DNA of 43,714 nucleotides from Escherichia phage NTNC80A, in the sequence record OP018999.1. The stretch is one strand, 5' to 3'. The position numbers were made by a program, and so were the translations under genes. Of the stretch, positions 36,401-43,714 are shown piece by piece. Every line of letters begins with the position of its first letter. The stretch's first letter is position 1. The notes below the pieces were generated by a model. The model saw only the letters and a program-made list of their open reading frames with translations, was not told the origin of the DNA and made no database searches.

Positions 36401-37229
36401 CAATAAGAGACTAAAGCAACATTTGATGGGTGAGAGACAGTTACCCAAAGCAGACCTTGAAGAAGTAGGCCTAAGTGAAGATGTCATGAAAAGGCTTAAG
36501 CGTCACTTTGATGATAACCCACTGTATGCTGATTACAATGGAGAAAAAGTTCGTATGATGAACTTTGATGCTATGGAGCCAGACCTGAGAGAGACAGTAG
36601 GTATTGCTGTGCGAAGAATGTCAGGGCGTCTTATTCAGCGTAACTTCATAGGTGATGAAGGTATCTGGATGAATAAATGGTGGGGTAAGGCATTAACGCA
36701 GTTTAAGTCATTCTCTATCGTCTCTATTGAGAAACAGCTAATCCATGATTTACGAGGTGATAAGATTCAGGCTGCACAGATACTTGCATGGTCTACCTTA
36801 CTAGGTTATGCATCTTATGCACTACAGATGCAGATGCAAGCAATCGGTAGGGAGGACAGAGACAAGTTCTTGAGGGATAAGTTTGAGACACAGAACCTCG
36901 CTATGGGTGTCTTTAATAAACTCCCACAAGTTGCAGGCTTCGGTCTTGCTGGTGATGCTTTGGCAACCTTTGGTCTAATGCCAGACTCCCTGATGCAAGC
37001 ACCGGGACGTATGGGCTTCCGTCAGCAAGGGTTTGGTGATTTGGTAGCAGGTGCTGGTGTAATCAGTGATACCGTTAATCTATCGCAAGCACTAGTTAAG
37101 TATGCCAATGGGGATGATGATGTCTCTACTAGGCAGTTGGTGGACAAGGTGCGTCGCCTTGTTCCTTTGGCAAATACTATTGGTGTAGGTCAGATGACTA
37201 AAGCCAGTGTAGACTTATTGGAGGATTGA
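33426..37229 (+). CDS. large internal virion (ejection) protein
   Basis: 1267 aa, size and position like T7 gp16. Confidence 0.88.
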   Translation: MVDGINQNWVAVTQRKLPPTFSQVAEAERKAEAQRVNDKVFQTAIESEWALYGGQRAYERHTTEFAEQEGYEVPESTKDELSKLYGYEIAQDIVKNVKSPEELQFRMSNAAADKDRADILARNGFTGFSAQIAAGILDPVGWAASLVAAPVAGAVKVGRLGRIIKTAALSGAENAALEAILAQGDYQRGVDDVLAAAGFGMIMGGTIGAATRERIASAGSRTAAERADTVIDDLDTVVKGADEFDLSAARAVREAMEYDAYMAARNYEPLRAREVDADMAILSHTDNLKANASVRMSASEKGQLKKQIRQLEAEAATLKGKKIDTVAEAAAAKGAPKSAADRLDLDVQKKALARRFDEPLADLQARLDELNAKLSRVNNVGKAKEELKRFSSLSREEQIKELGLDAPVRRVEMTRAVRDAVEAIRAERKKTPTEVHAEQVAEDAIKQRADDSVGAKRVEGSEIAGEQFDLSKNMEELMDDLAREAYQSEVRPINLKGLGSVSSVILNSENPVFRGLGLRLLENAQGGAYQGKTASILSDVYGNLIRHAERNRYNDGFSQFIKDNNLRAVDYLNPATTRDFNNQIYTAIVRGIPEDTPRGVKLAAEGIADKLKKALEIRKQAGERGFEDVQSAKDYIPVIYDGIKVTEAVNKLGSSEAVIHLLSKGYQTGKYKLGKKAADALAKVQYIRASDSTLSSRVAFDRVVSQQQQAQLIEDLKKAGVPDHIIDNFIEGTELAEMAESVSNRAKASMGINTQAEYGGLKVQDLLNTNVGELAENYGKEAAGGAALAAMGFPTRQSVLNAIDAAERAGRNMAGSNAKAIKQLRSEAEMLRDAVKLIYGNTIDADPNSGIVRGTRRVREITGLLRLGQMGFAQIPELARAISKMGLGTVLKSTPATKFLRSRAARKGGTAQGELLEPELREMEELLGYIGEDNWLTGWNVRHDEFGETADNLGKLSAIIDNGLAMGSRINTILSGFKAVQGGSEKIVARSINKRLKQHLMGERQLPKADLEEVGLSEDVMKRLKRHFDDNPLYADYNGEKVRMMNFDAMEPDLRETVGIAVRRMSGRLIQRNFIGDEGIWMNKWWGKALTQFKSFSIVSIEKQLIHDLRGDKIQAAQILAWSTLLGYASYALQMQMQAIGREDRDKFLRDKFETQNLAMGVFNKLPQVAGFGLAGDALATFGLMPDSLMQAPGRMGFRQQGFGDLVAGAGVISDTVNLSQALVKYANGDDDVSTRQLVDKVRRLVPLANTIGVGQMTKASVDLLED

Positions 37230-38188
37230 TGAGTTACACATTCACTGAACATACAGCGAATGGCACTCAAACTACCTTCCCCTTCCGGTTCGCTGGGAGG
37301 GACAAGGGGTACTTGAGGGCTTCTGATATTTTAGTTGAAGTAAGAAATGATGGTGTGTGGAACACAGTAAGTGGTTGGACACTTACAGGTACTAACCAGA
37401 TAACCTTTAATGTACCACCAGCGGCAAATACAAAACTTCGCATCAGGCGCGTTGTAGAGAAAGAAGAGCCTTATGCAGAGTTTGACCGTGGTGTAACCTT
37501 AGATATGAAATCTCTCAATAACTCCTTTATACATCTTTTGGAAGTATCTCAGGAGCTACTGGATGGTTTCTATCCAGATGGTTACTTTGTAAAGCAAGAT
37601 GTATCTTGGGGCGGACATAAGATTACTGATTTGGCTGATGGCACAAATCCGGGAGATGCAGTAAATAAAGGGCAGCTTGATGCCATTGACAAGAAGCATA
37701 CAGATTGGAACGCCAAACAGGACATTGAGATTGCTGGGCTTAAAGCGGGTATGACTTCTGGTATTGCACACAGAACTGTTCCTTGGTACACGATCGCCCA
37801 AGGAGGTGAGATTTCCGTAAAACCTCCTTATGAATTTCAAGATGCACTAGTTTTCCTTAATGGAGTATTGCAACACCAAATCGTAGGCGCATACTCTATA
37901 AGCAACAACACTATCACTTTCGCAGAGCCACTTGTGGCTGGCACAGAGGTGTACGTGTTGATAGGGAGTCGTGTGGCTACATCTGAACCTAATATTCAGT
38001 TAGAGTTGAACTTTGACTTAGTAGAAGGTCAACAAGTAGTAAAGATTGGCTCTGCATTTAAGTATATTGAGGTTTATCTTGATGGATTATTACAACCTAA
38101 ACTTGCGTATCAGGTAGACGGTGACATTGTTACTTTCTCAGAGGGAGTACCAGAATGCCGGATGACTGCTAAGATTATCACAGCATAA
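37229..38188 (+). CDS. tail fibre adaptor protein (T7 gp17 N-domain-like)
   Basis: N-terminus aligns with the T7 gp17 tail-attachment domain as recalled; no long fibre shaft follows. Confidence 0.8.
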   Translation: MSYTFTEHTANGTQTTFPFRFAGRDKGYLRASDILVEVRNDGVWNTVSGWTLTGTNQITFNVPPAANTKLRIRRVVEKEEPYAEFDRGVTLDMKSLNNSFIHLLEVSQELLDGFYPDGYFVKQDVSWGGHKITDLADGTNPGDAVNKGQLDAIDKKHTDWNAKQDIEIAGLKAGMTSGIAHRTVPWYTIAQGGEISVKPPYEFQDALVFLNGVLQHQIVGAYSISNNTITFAEPLVAGTEVYVLIGSRVATSEPNIQLELNFDLVEGQQVVKIGSAFKYIEVYLDGLLQPKLAYQVDGDIVTFSEGVPECRMTAKIITA

Positions 38189-38198
38189 GGGGGGTGGG

Positions 38199-38393
38199 AT
38201 GATAAATTCCGAACTGGTAGACAATGGTGTGAAGTTAGCGCCACCTGCATTAGTCTCAGGTGGGTACTTCCTCGGTATCAGTTGGGACAATTGGGTACTG
38301 ATAGCAACATTCATTTATACAGTGTTGCAGATTGGCGATTGGTTCTATACTAAATATACAATATGGAGGAAGAAGCGTGAGCGTGCACAATAA
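38199..38393 (+). CDS. holin (T7 gp17.5-like)
   Basis: 64 aa, one hydrophobic segment and basic C-terminus RKKRERAQ, between fibre adaptor and small terminase as in T7. Confidence 0.7.
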   Translation: MINSELVDNGVKLAPPALVSGGYFLGISWDNWVLIATFIYTVLQIGDWFYTKYTIWRKKRERAQ

Positions 38394-38676
38394 ACATGCA
38401 GCCACAGAGGATGAAGTAGGCATCCTGCATGGCGCTATTACGAAGATGTTTAATAAGAAAGCAAAGGCTATACTGGACACTATAGAAGCAGACCCTGATT
38501 CTGCTATGCACCTAGTGTCAGGTAAAGATATTGGAGCCATGTGTAAATGGGTTTTAGATAACGGCATTACTGCCACCCCTGCTGCACAGCAGGAGGAGTC
38601 CAAGTTATCTAAGCGCCTCAAGGCCATCCGAGAGGCGTCCAGTGGCAAGATCATTCAGTTCACTAAGGAGGATTGA
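38377..38676 (+). CDS. terminase small subunit (T7 gp18-like)
   Basis: GTG 38377 with SD GGAGGA 6 nt upstream (ORF track 38332); VSVHNKHAATEDEVGILHGAI N-terminus; directly precedes the large subunit. Confidence 0.7.
   Translation: MSVHNKHAATEDEVGILHGAITKMFNKKAKAILDTIEADPDSAMHLVSGKDIGAMCKWVLDNGITATPAAQQEESKLSKRLKAIREASSGKIIQFTKED
38468..38490 (+). promoter_or_regulatory. promoter-like sequence inside the small terminase gene
   Basis: ctatactggacactatagaagcag: core matches consensus, two upstream mismatches. Confidence 0.4.
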
Positions 38677-40571
38677 TGGCTAAGGCTAGAGAATCACAAG
38701 CGGAGGCTCTTGCCAGATGGGAGATGCTACACGAGTTACAGCAGACCTTCCCTTATACCGCAGAAGGTTTGCTTCTCTTTGCTGATACAGTTATTCATAA
38801 TTTAATTGCAGGTAGTCCTCATCTGATTCGTATGCAGGCAGACATCTTGAAGTTCCTATTCTACGGACACAAGTATCGCCTCATCGAAGCGCCCCGTGGT
38901 ATCGCTAAAACTACACTGGCAGCAATCTATACGGTGTTCCGTATCATTCATGAGCCTCATAAGCGCATCATGGTTGTATCCCAAAACGCCAAGCGAGCAG
39001 AGGAAATTGCAGGTTGGGTGGTCAAAATATTCCGAGGATTGGACTTCCTAGAGTTTATGCTGCCAGACATCTACGCTGGCGACCGTGCATCCGTTAAGGC
39101 ATTCGAGATTCACTATACACTGCGTGGAAGCGACAAGTCCCCTTCTGTATCCTGCTACTCTATTGAAGCAGGTATGCAGGGTGCTCGTGCAGACATCATT
39201 CTAGCAGATGACGTTGAATCTATGCAGAATGCGCGTACCGCAGCAGGCCGTGCATTGCTTGAGGAATTGACCAAGGAGTTTGAATCTATCAACCAGTTTG
39301 GTGATATTATCTACCTTGGTACACCACAGAATGTGAACTCTATTTACAACAACCTCCCTGCACGCGGTTATTCTGTTCGCATCTGGACTGCTCGTTACCC
39401 TTCGGTAGAGCAAGAGCAATGTTATGGTGACTTCCTTGCACCTATGATCGTGCAGGATATGAAGGACAACCCAGCATTGCGAACAGGTTATGGTTTGGAT
39501 GACAACAGTGGCGCTCCTTGTGCACCTGAAATGTATGATGATGATGTCCTGATTGAGAAGGAAATCTCACAAGGTGCTGCTAAGTTCCAGCTTCAGTTCA
39601 TGCTTAACACTCGCATGATGGATGCTGACAGATACCCATTACGCCTGAACAATCTAATCTTCACCTCGTTCGGTACAGAGGAAGTCCCTGTGATGCCTAC
39701 GTGGAGTAATGATTCCATAAACATCATTGGTGATGCACCTAAGTATGGTAACAAGCCTACGGATTTCATGTACAGACCTGTAGCTCGCCCATACGAATGG
39801 GGTGCTGTCTCCCGCAAGATTATGTATATTGACCCTGCGGGTGGCGGTAAGAACGGGGATGAGACGGGTGTAGCCATCGTATTCCTGCACGGCACATTCA
39901 TTTATGTGTATCAGTGCTTTGGTGTACCTGGCGGATACCGAGAATCGTCCCTGAATCGCATTGTGCAGGCCGCAAAGCAAGCGGGTGTTAAAGAGGTATT
40001 CATTGAGAAAAACTTTGGTCATGGCGCGTTTGAGGCTGTTATAAAGCCATACTTTGAACGAGAATGGCCTGTGACCATTGAAGAGGATTACGCCACTGGT
40101 CAAAAAGAACTCCGTATCATAGAGACATTGGAGCCGCTGATGACCGCGCATAGACTTATCTTCAATGCCGAGATGGTCAAGTCGGATTTCGCTTCAGTAC
40201 AGAACTACCCGCTTGAACTGCGGATGTCTTATAGTCTGTTCCATCAAATGTCGAACATCACTATTGAGAAGAACAGCCTCAGGCATGATGACCGCTTAGA
40301 CGCCCTGTATGGCGCTGTGCGTCAATTAACTTCTCAGATAGACTATGACGAGGTTACTCGTATTAATCGCCTCAGAGCGCAGGAGATGCGCGATTATATA
40401 CAGGCGATGAACACACCTAAACTTCGTCGGGCTATGCTGTACGGAGATTATGGTGATGAGCGAAGAACAACCAACACATCCTTAGCAATGCAGCAGAGAG
40501 TTTACGGGCAGAATTGGAGGAACCGCTCTGGTTCTAGAAATACACTTTCTTCAAGGATTTCAAGGATTTAG
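38676..40571 (+). CDS. terminase large subunit (T7 gp19-like)
   Basis: Walker A PRGIAKTT, GARADIILADDVE and IYLGTPQ match T7 gp19 motifs as recalled; ATG 38676 after SD AAGGAGGA. Confidence 0.95.
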   Translation: MAKARESQAEALARWEMLHELQQTFPYTAEGLLLFADTVIHNLIAGSPHLIRMQADILKFLFYGHKYRLIEAPRGIAKTTLAAIYTVFRIIHEPHKRIMVVSQNAKRAEEIAGWVVKIFRGLDFLEFMLPDIYAGDRASVKAFEIHYTLRGSDKSPSVSCYSIEAGMQGARADIILADDVESMQNARTAAGRALLEELTKEFESINQFGDIIYLGTPQNVNSIYNNLPARGYSVRIWTARYPSVEQEQCYGDFLAPMIVQDMKDNPALRTGYGLDDNSGAPCAPEMYDDDVLIEKEISQGAAKFQLQFMLNTRMMDADRYPLRLNNLIFTSFGTEEVPVMPTWSNDSINIIGDAPKYGNKPTDFMYRPVARPYEWGAVSRKIMYIDPAGGGKNGDETGVAIVFLHGTFIYVYQCFGVPGGYRESSLNRIVQAAKQAGVKEVFIEKNFGHGAFEAVIKPYFEREWPVTIEEDYATGQKELRIIETLEPLMTAHRLIFNAEMVKSDFASVQNYPLELRMSYSLFHQMSNITIEKNSLRHDDRLDALYGAVRQLTSQIDYDEVTRINRLRAQEMRDYIQAMNTPKLRRAMLYGDYGDERRTTNTSLAMQQRVYGQNWRNRSGSRNTLSSRISRI

Positions 40572-40572
40572 T

Positions 40573-40595
40573 ATTTACTGGACACTATAGGAGGA
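40573..40595 (+). promoter_or_regulatory. phage RNAP promoter (consensus)
   Basis: atttactggacactataggagg; +1 G at 40590. Confidence 0.75.
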
Positions 40596-40720
40596 AGACC
40601 AAGAGAATAAAGGAATATTATAGGATAATATAGGATTACCTAGGTTATAGGTATACCTTAGTATGGGTGTACTCCTGTACACCCTATTCCTACTTACTTA
40701 TACTAATATCATAGGAGGTA
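40596..40720. other. AT-rich leader sharing ATAGGATTACCTAGG with the 7021-7035 region; candidate secondary origin
   Basis: Exact 15-mer at 40630-40644 and 7021-7035, both just downstream of a phage promoter. Confidence 0.3.
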
Positions 40721-40722
40721 TA

Positions 40723-41001
40723 ATGGCTAATGACTATAGTAATCAACCCTTAACAGGACGATACGATAGGAAACAAGTACAGCCTATCAGTGAACACTTG
40801 ATGGTTCCAAGTGTTAACACTGATATTGATTTATATAACCCAGCAAAACAAGGTAGTGTTATTAATGATGCTACAAAATCTGGTAAACAGAAAGGTGCTA
40901 TGATTGCTTCAGGACTGGGTGTGATTATGTTAGCTCAAGGAAGTAAACCTACAGACAAGTGGTATCAAACAACGACTGAACAGATTATTGTTCCACAATA
41001 A
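40723..41001 (+). CDS. small protein, paralog 1 of the SGKQ(K/E)G family (92 aa)
   Basis: ATG 40723 with SD AGGAGG (ORF track 40663); ...TKSGKQKGAMIASGLGVIMLAQGSKPTDKWYQ. Confidence 0.6.
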   Translation: MANDYSNQPLTGRYDRKQVQPISEHLMVPSVNTDIDLYNPAKQGSVINDATKSGKQKGAMIASGLGVIMLAQGSKPTDKWYQTTTEQIIVPQ

Positions 41002-41013
41002 GAGGAGGGTAAT

Positions 41014-41298
41014 ATGGCAAAATATGGTGAAGCGAATACAGTAACAGGTCAAGTTTTTCGTACTAAAGAGGTTCAAACTATTGCAACAGCACTACCGTTG
41101 CCAGTTGTGTTAGAAGAAGATTTGAAATCAAAAGTACACCCTATTAATATCAACCACCTGTCTGGTAAGCAGAAGGGGGCAATGGTAGCAGTACAGAAGG
41201 CGGACAGCTCACTGTATATTGCAGTTGCACGAGGTGATTTGCCAGAGTCGCCGTGGGATGTTACAGCAATGAGTGTAGCCGTAACACCGGGAGAGTGA
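41014..41298 (+). CDS. small protein, paralog 2 of the SGKQ(K/E)G family (94 aa)
   Basis: SD GAGGAGGG; ...HLSGKQKGAMVAVQKADSSLYIAVARGD. Confidence 0.6.
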   Translation: MAKYGEANTVTGQVFRTKEVQTIATALPLPVVLEEDLKSKVHPININHLSGKQKGAMVAVQKADSSLYIAVARGDLPESPWDVTAMSVAVTPGE

Positions 41299-41302
41299 TA
41301 CT

Positions 41303-41980
41303 ATGTTAGGTGTTACTGGACAAAGACGTGCTAGTCACAAGTCAAAGGTTGCGGCGGAAGTCGCACCTTTAGTAGATTTAAATTCAATAAAAGATATACA
41401 ATCTTATCTAAACCAGAGATACCTTTCCGGTAAGCAAGAGGGCTACGCTGTACTAGCTAAAGTAGATGGAGGTTATTCTCTTTATGTTGCATCTGGTTCA
41501 AAGGTATCAGATAAATGGGTTCTTATGAAACAAGGTGTTTCAGAAGACTCTTCCTCATTAGAGCTGGTGGATGTAATAAATACTAATGTTGAGAGCTTAA
41601 GTGATACTGTAGAGGTTAATGTAACAAAAGAAAGAACTGTCTGTGTTCAAACCCCAATGATAGACTTAGCAGGTACAGTTGTATACCGTCAGGCATTAAC
41701 CGCTAACCTTAATATTACTATTAATGAGAATGGCAGTCCGGGTGATACTGTTAAACTAAAAGTTAGTATACCAGATTTACCTGGTACAAGTGGTGGGTCT
41801 TACTATACGCTGGATAATGTATTGTGTACAGCTTATAGTGAAAATGACCCTGTTACAGTAAACATAGATGTAGATGCAGCTAATACAAGCAGTATTACAG
41901 TATCTTTGAGGAAGGAGACAGCTACAGATATTAAGCTATCTTTCTTATTCATATGGTCTATGCCTATGGAGGTAGTATAG
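41303..41980 (+). CDS. paralog 3 of the SGKQ(K/E)G family with beta-rich C-terminal extension (225 aa)
   Basis: ...YLSGKQEGYAVLAKVDGGYSLYVASGSKVSDKWVL, then Thr/Val/Asn-rich strand-like sequence. Confidence 0.65.
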   Translation: MLGVTGQRRASHKSKVAAEVAPLVDLNSIKDIQSYLNQRYLSGKQEGYAVLAKVDGGYSLYVASGSKVSDKWVLMKQGVSEDSSSLELVDVINTNVESLSDTVEVNVTKERTVCVQTPMIDLAGTVVYRQALTANLNITINENGSPGDTVKLKVSIPDLPGTSGGSYYTLDNVLCTAYSENDPVTVNIDVDAANTSSITVSLRKETATDIKLSFLFIWSMPMEVV

Positions 41981-42324
41981 TGCTTAACAAATACTTCAAG
42001 CGTAAAGAGTTTGCTTGCCGTTGTGGATGCGGGACATCTACTGTTGATGCTGAGTTATTACAGGTAGTCACAGATGTGCGTGAGCACTTTGGTGTTCCTG
42101 TGGTTATCACATCAGGCCATCGCTGTTCTAAGCACAATGCTAACGTAGGTGGAGCTAAGAACTCCATGCATCTTACTGGTAAGGCTGCTGACATCAAGGT
42201 GACAGGTGTCGGACCAATAGAGGTACGTGCATACCTCTGCAATAAATACCCAGATAAGTACGGCATTGGTGCTTATCCTGCTTTTACACATATAGACGTG
42301 AGAGGTAATAAAGCACGGTGGTAG
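41980..42324 (+). CDS. endolysin, zinc peptidase M15-like
   Basis: HRCSKHNANVGGAKNSMHLTGKAADI ... AFTHIDVR gives the H-x-D ... H zinc triad; GTG 41980 (SD GGAGG 7 nt upstream) or ATG 41953. Confidence 0.85.
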   Translation: MLNKYFKRKEFACRCGCGTSTVDAELLQVVTDVREHFGVPVVITSGHRCSKHNANVGGAKNSMHLTGKAADIKVTGVGPIEVRAYLCNKYPDKYGIGAYPAFTHIDVRGNKARW

Positions 42325-42432
42325 GTTGTGTTGCATGGTGTGAACGCATGGTTACTAAGGCTTCAGAGGAAGGCAACTATGCAGATTGGCAGAACTACTC
42401 TACTTTATTAGCTCAATGGAAAGGGAGGTGCA

Positions 42433-42582
42433 ATGAAAAAGCTGTTTAAGTCTAAGAAAGTGGTAGGTGCACTAGTTGCACTGGTAATTGCCCTTGTTTC
42501 TGTAGGTCTTGGCGTAGACCTTGGTGAAGGTACGGAAGGTTCCGTCACTGGCGTGGTATGCCAAGTAATCACCTGTGAATAA
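42433..42582 (+). CDS. small single-TM membrane protein (49 aa); lysis-associated?
   Basis: SD AAGGGAGG; MKKLFKSKKVVGALVALVIALVSVGLGVDLGEGTEGSVTGVVCQVITCE; not in the ORF track (below 60 aa). Confidence 0.5.
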   Translation: MKKLFKSKKVVGALVALVIALVSVGLGVDLGEGTEGSVTGVVCQVITCE

Positions 42583-42796
42583 GTTGCTTGAGGTGGTGGC
42601 AGGTCTTATCGGCCTGCTGCTTGCCGCTAAGAAGAAGAAGGAAGACAAGGAGGCACAAAGTGAAGCGAATCATGTTAGTGACAACCCTTCTGATTGGTTC
42701 GCTGACCACTTCCGGGTGTCAGCAGGCGTTACCAGAGAAAGCAATGGTGAAACCTCTGAGGCCGACGCTGACGGCAGTTTACGAGGTAGACGATAA
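42575..42796 (+). CDS. inner-membrane spanin (Rz-like), short
   Basis: N-terminal TM LLEVVAGLIGLLLAA then charged periplasmic segment; overlaps the o-spanin frame. Short for an Rz protein. Confidence 0.45.
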   Translation: MNKLLEVVAGLIGLLLAAKKKKEDKEAQSEANHVSDNPSDWFADHFRVSAGVTRESNGETSEADADGSLRGRR

Positions 42797-42869
42797 GGTC
42801 TGCTTCAGTGAACCTGACGCTACAAAATTAGGTTTGTATATTCTTTCGCTAGAACGAGGATATAATTAA
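42588..42869 (+). CDS. outer-membrane lipoprotein spanin (Rz1-like)
   Basis: Signal peptide with lipobox LTTSGC, resembling the T7 Rz1 ISGC lipobox as recalled; start may be ATG 42672. Confidence 0.65.
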   Translation: MRWWQVLSACCLPLRRRRKTRRHKVKRIMLVTTLLIGSLTTSGCQQALPEKAMVKPLRPTLTAVYEVDDKVCFSEPDATKLGLYILSLERGYN

Positions 42870-42898
42870 TACATAGCTTTATGTATCAGTGTCTTACG

Positions 42899-42921
42899 AT
42901 TTACTGGACACTATAGAAGAG
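42899..42921 (+). promoter_or_regulatory. phage RNAP promoter (consensus) driving the fibre genes
   Basis: atttactggacactatagaagag; +1 G at 42916. Confidence 0.75.
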
Positions 42922-43000
42922 ATAAGATAGCGCCGTTCTTTTGAGCGGCCTATTACTAGCCAATCTTCATAGGGAGGGTTGGAAAGTAATAGGAGATAGC

Positions 43001-43714
43001 ATGGCTAAATTAACCAAACCTAAGACTGAAGGAATCTTGCATAAAGGACAATCTTTGTATGAGTACCTTGATGCGAGAGTTTTAACATCAAAGCCGTTTG
43101 GTGCTGTAGGTGGGGGCACTTCTTCTCAAGTTCGCCTATTTACTTCTGATGGTACTTCTCGGACAGTGTCCCTCACCAACGGTAACGTGCGTCTTTCTAC
43201 CAGTAGCACAGGCTATTTGCAGTTAGGTGCTGATGCAATGACCCCAGATAGTACTGGTACATACGCATTAGGTTCCGCCAGTCGAGCATGGTCTGGTGGT
43301 TTTACTCAAGCAGCATTCACTGTTACCTCAGATGCTCGGTGTAAAACAGAACCTCTTACTATCTCAGATGCCTTACTGGATGCTTGGTCTGAAGTTGACT
43401 TTGTGCAGTTTCAGTATTTGGATCGTGTTGAGGAGAAGGGTGCAGACTCAGCTAGATGGCACTTTGGCATCATCGCTCAGCGAGCTAAGGAGGCTTTCGA
43501 ACGTCACGGTATAGATGCACATCGCTATGGCTTCTTGTGCTTCGACAGTTGGGATGATGTATACGAGGAAGATGCCAATGGCTCTCGTAAACTGATTACA
43601 CCAGCAGGTTCTCGCTACGGTATTCGTTACGAGGAAGTACTGATATTAGAGGCTGCGTTGATGCGTCGGACTATTAAGCGTATGCAGGAGGCACTAGCTT
43701 CCCTGCCTAAGTAA
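43001..43714 (+). CDS. tail fibre protein with C-terminal intramolecular-chaperone (peptidase S74-like) domain
   Basis: ATG 43001 with SD AGGAGA (ORF track 42941); SDARCKTE ... ARWHFGIIAQRA ... YGIRYEEV autocleavage/chaperone signature; TAA is the last codon of the window. Confidence 0.8.
   Translation: MAKLTKPKTEGILHKGQSLYEYLDARVLTSKPFGAVGGGTSSQVRLFTSDGTSRTVSLTNGNVRLSTSSTGYLQLGADAMTPDSTGTYALGSASRAWSGGFTQAAFTVTSDARCKTEPLTISDALLDAWSEVDFVQFQYLDRVEEKGADSARWHFGIIAQRAKEAFERHGIDAHRYGFLCFDSWDDVYEEDANGSRKLITPAGSRYGIRYEEVLILEAALMRRTIKRMQEALASLPK

Noticed and set aside
1-43714. tRNA or other structured RNA genes
   Set aside because: No cloverleaf-like sequences were recognised by eye in the intergenic regions; I could not run a tRNA scan, so this is unverified rather than firmly excluded.

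Overview
This window reads as an essentially complete, rotated (circularly permuted) genome of a T7-supergroup podophage of about 43.7 kb. All convincing genes are on the + strand. About a dozen promoters match the SP6-type consensus ATTTA(C/G)(T/G)GGACACTATAGAAG, and the 875-aa single-subunit RNA polymerase is SP6-like. The early region is T7-like: two sigma70-type promoters, an Ocr-like DNA-mimic gene and a gp1.1-like micro-gene. Order after the putative genome terminus (about 1100-1520) is: early small genes and Ocr; RNAP; putative origin; primase/helicase; DNA polymerase; three HNH endonucleases; exonuclease; endonuclease VII; metallophosphoesterase; ligase; GNAT-like protein; portal, scaffold, capsid, tail tube A/B, three internal virion proteins; fibre adaptor; holin; terminase; three paralogous small proteins; M15 endolysin and spanins; two short tail-fibre genes that abut across the window junction. 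Best candidates for undescribed biology: the tandem SGKQ(K/E)G paralog family at 40723-41980, a 16-bp perfect palindrome present at five loci plus one imperfect copy, acidic-tail/early candidate host-takeover proteins, and the twin chaperone-bearing fibres. Every functional call is from reading motifs and synteny by eye and from recalled T7/SP6 biology; no database search was run.
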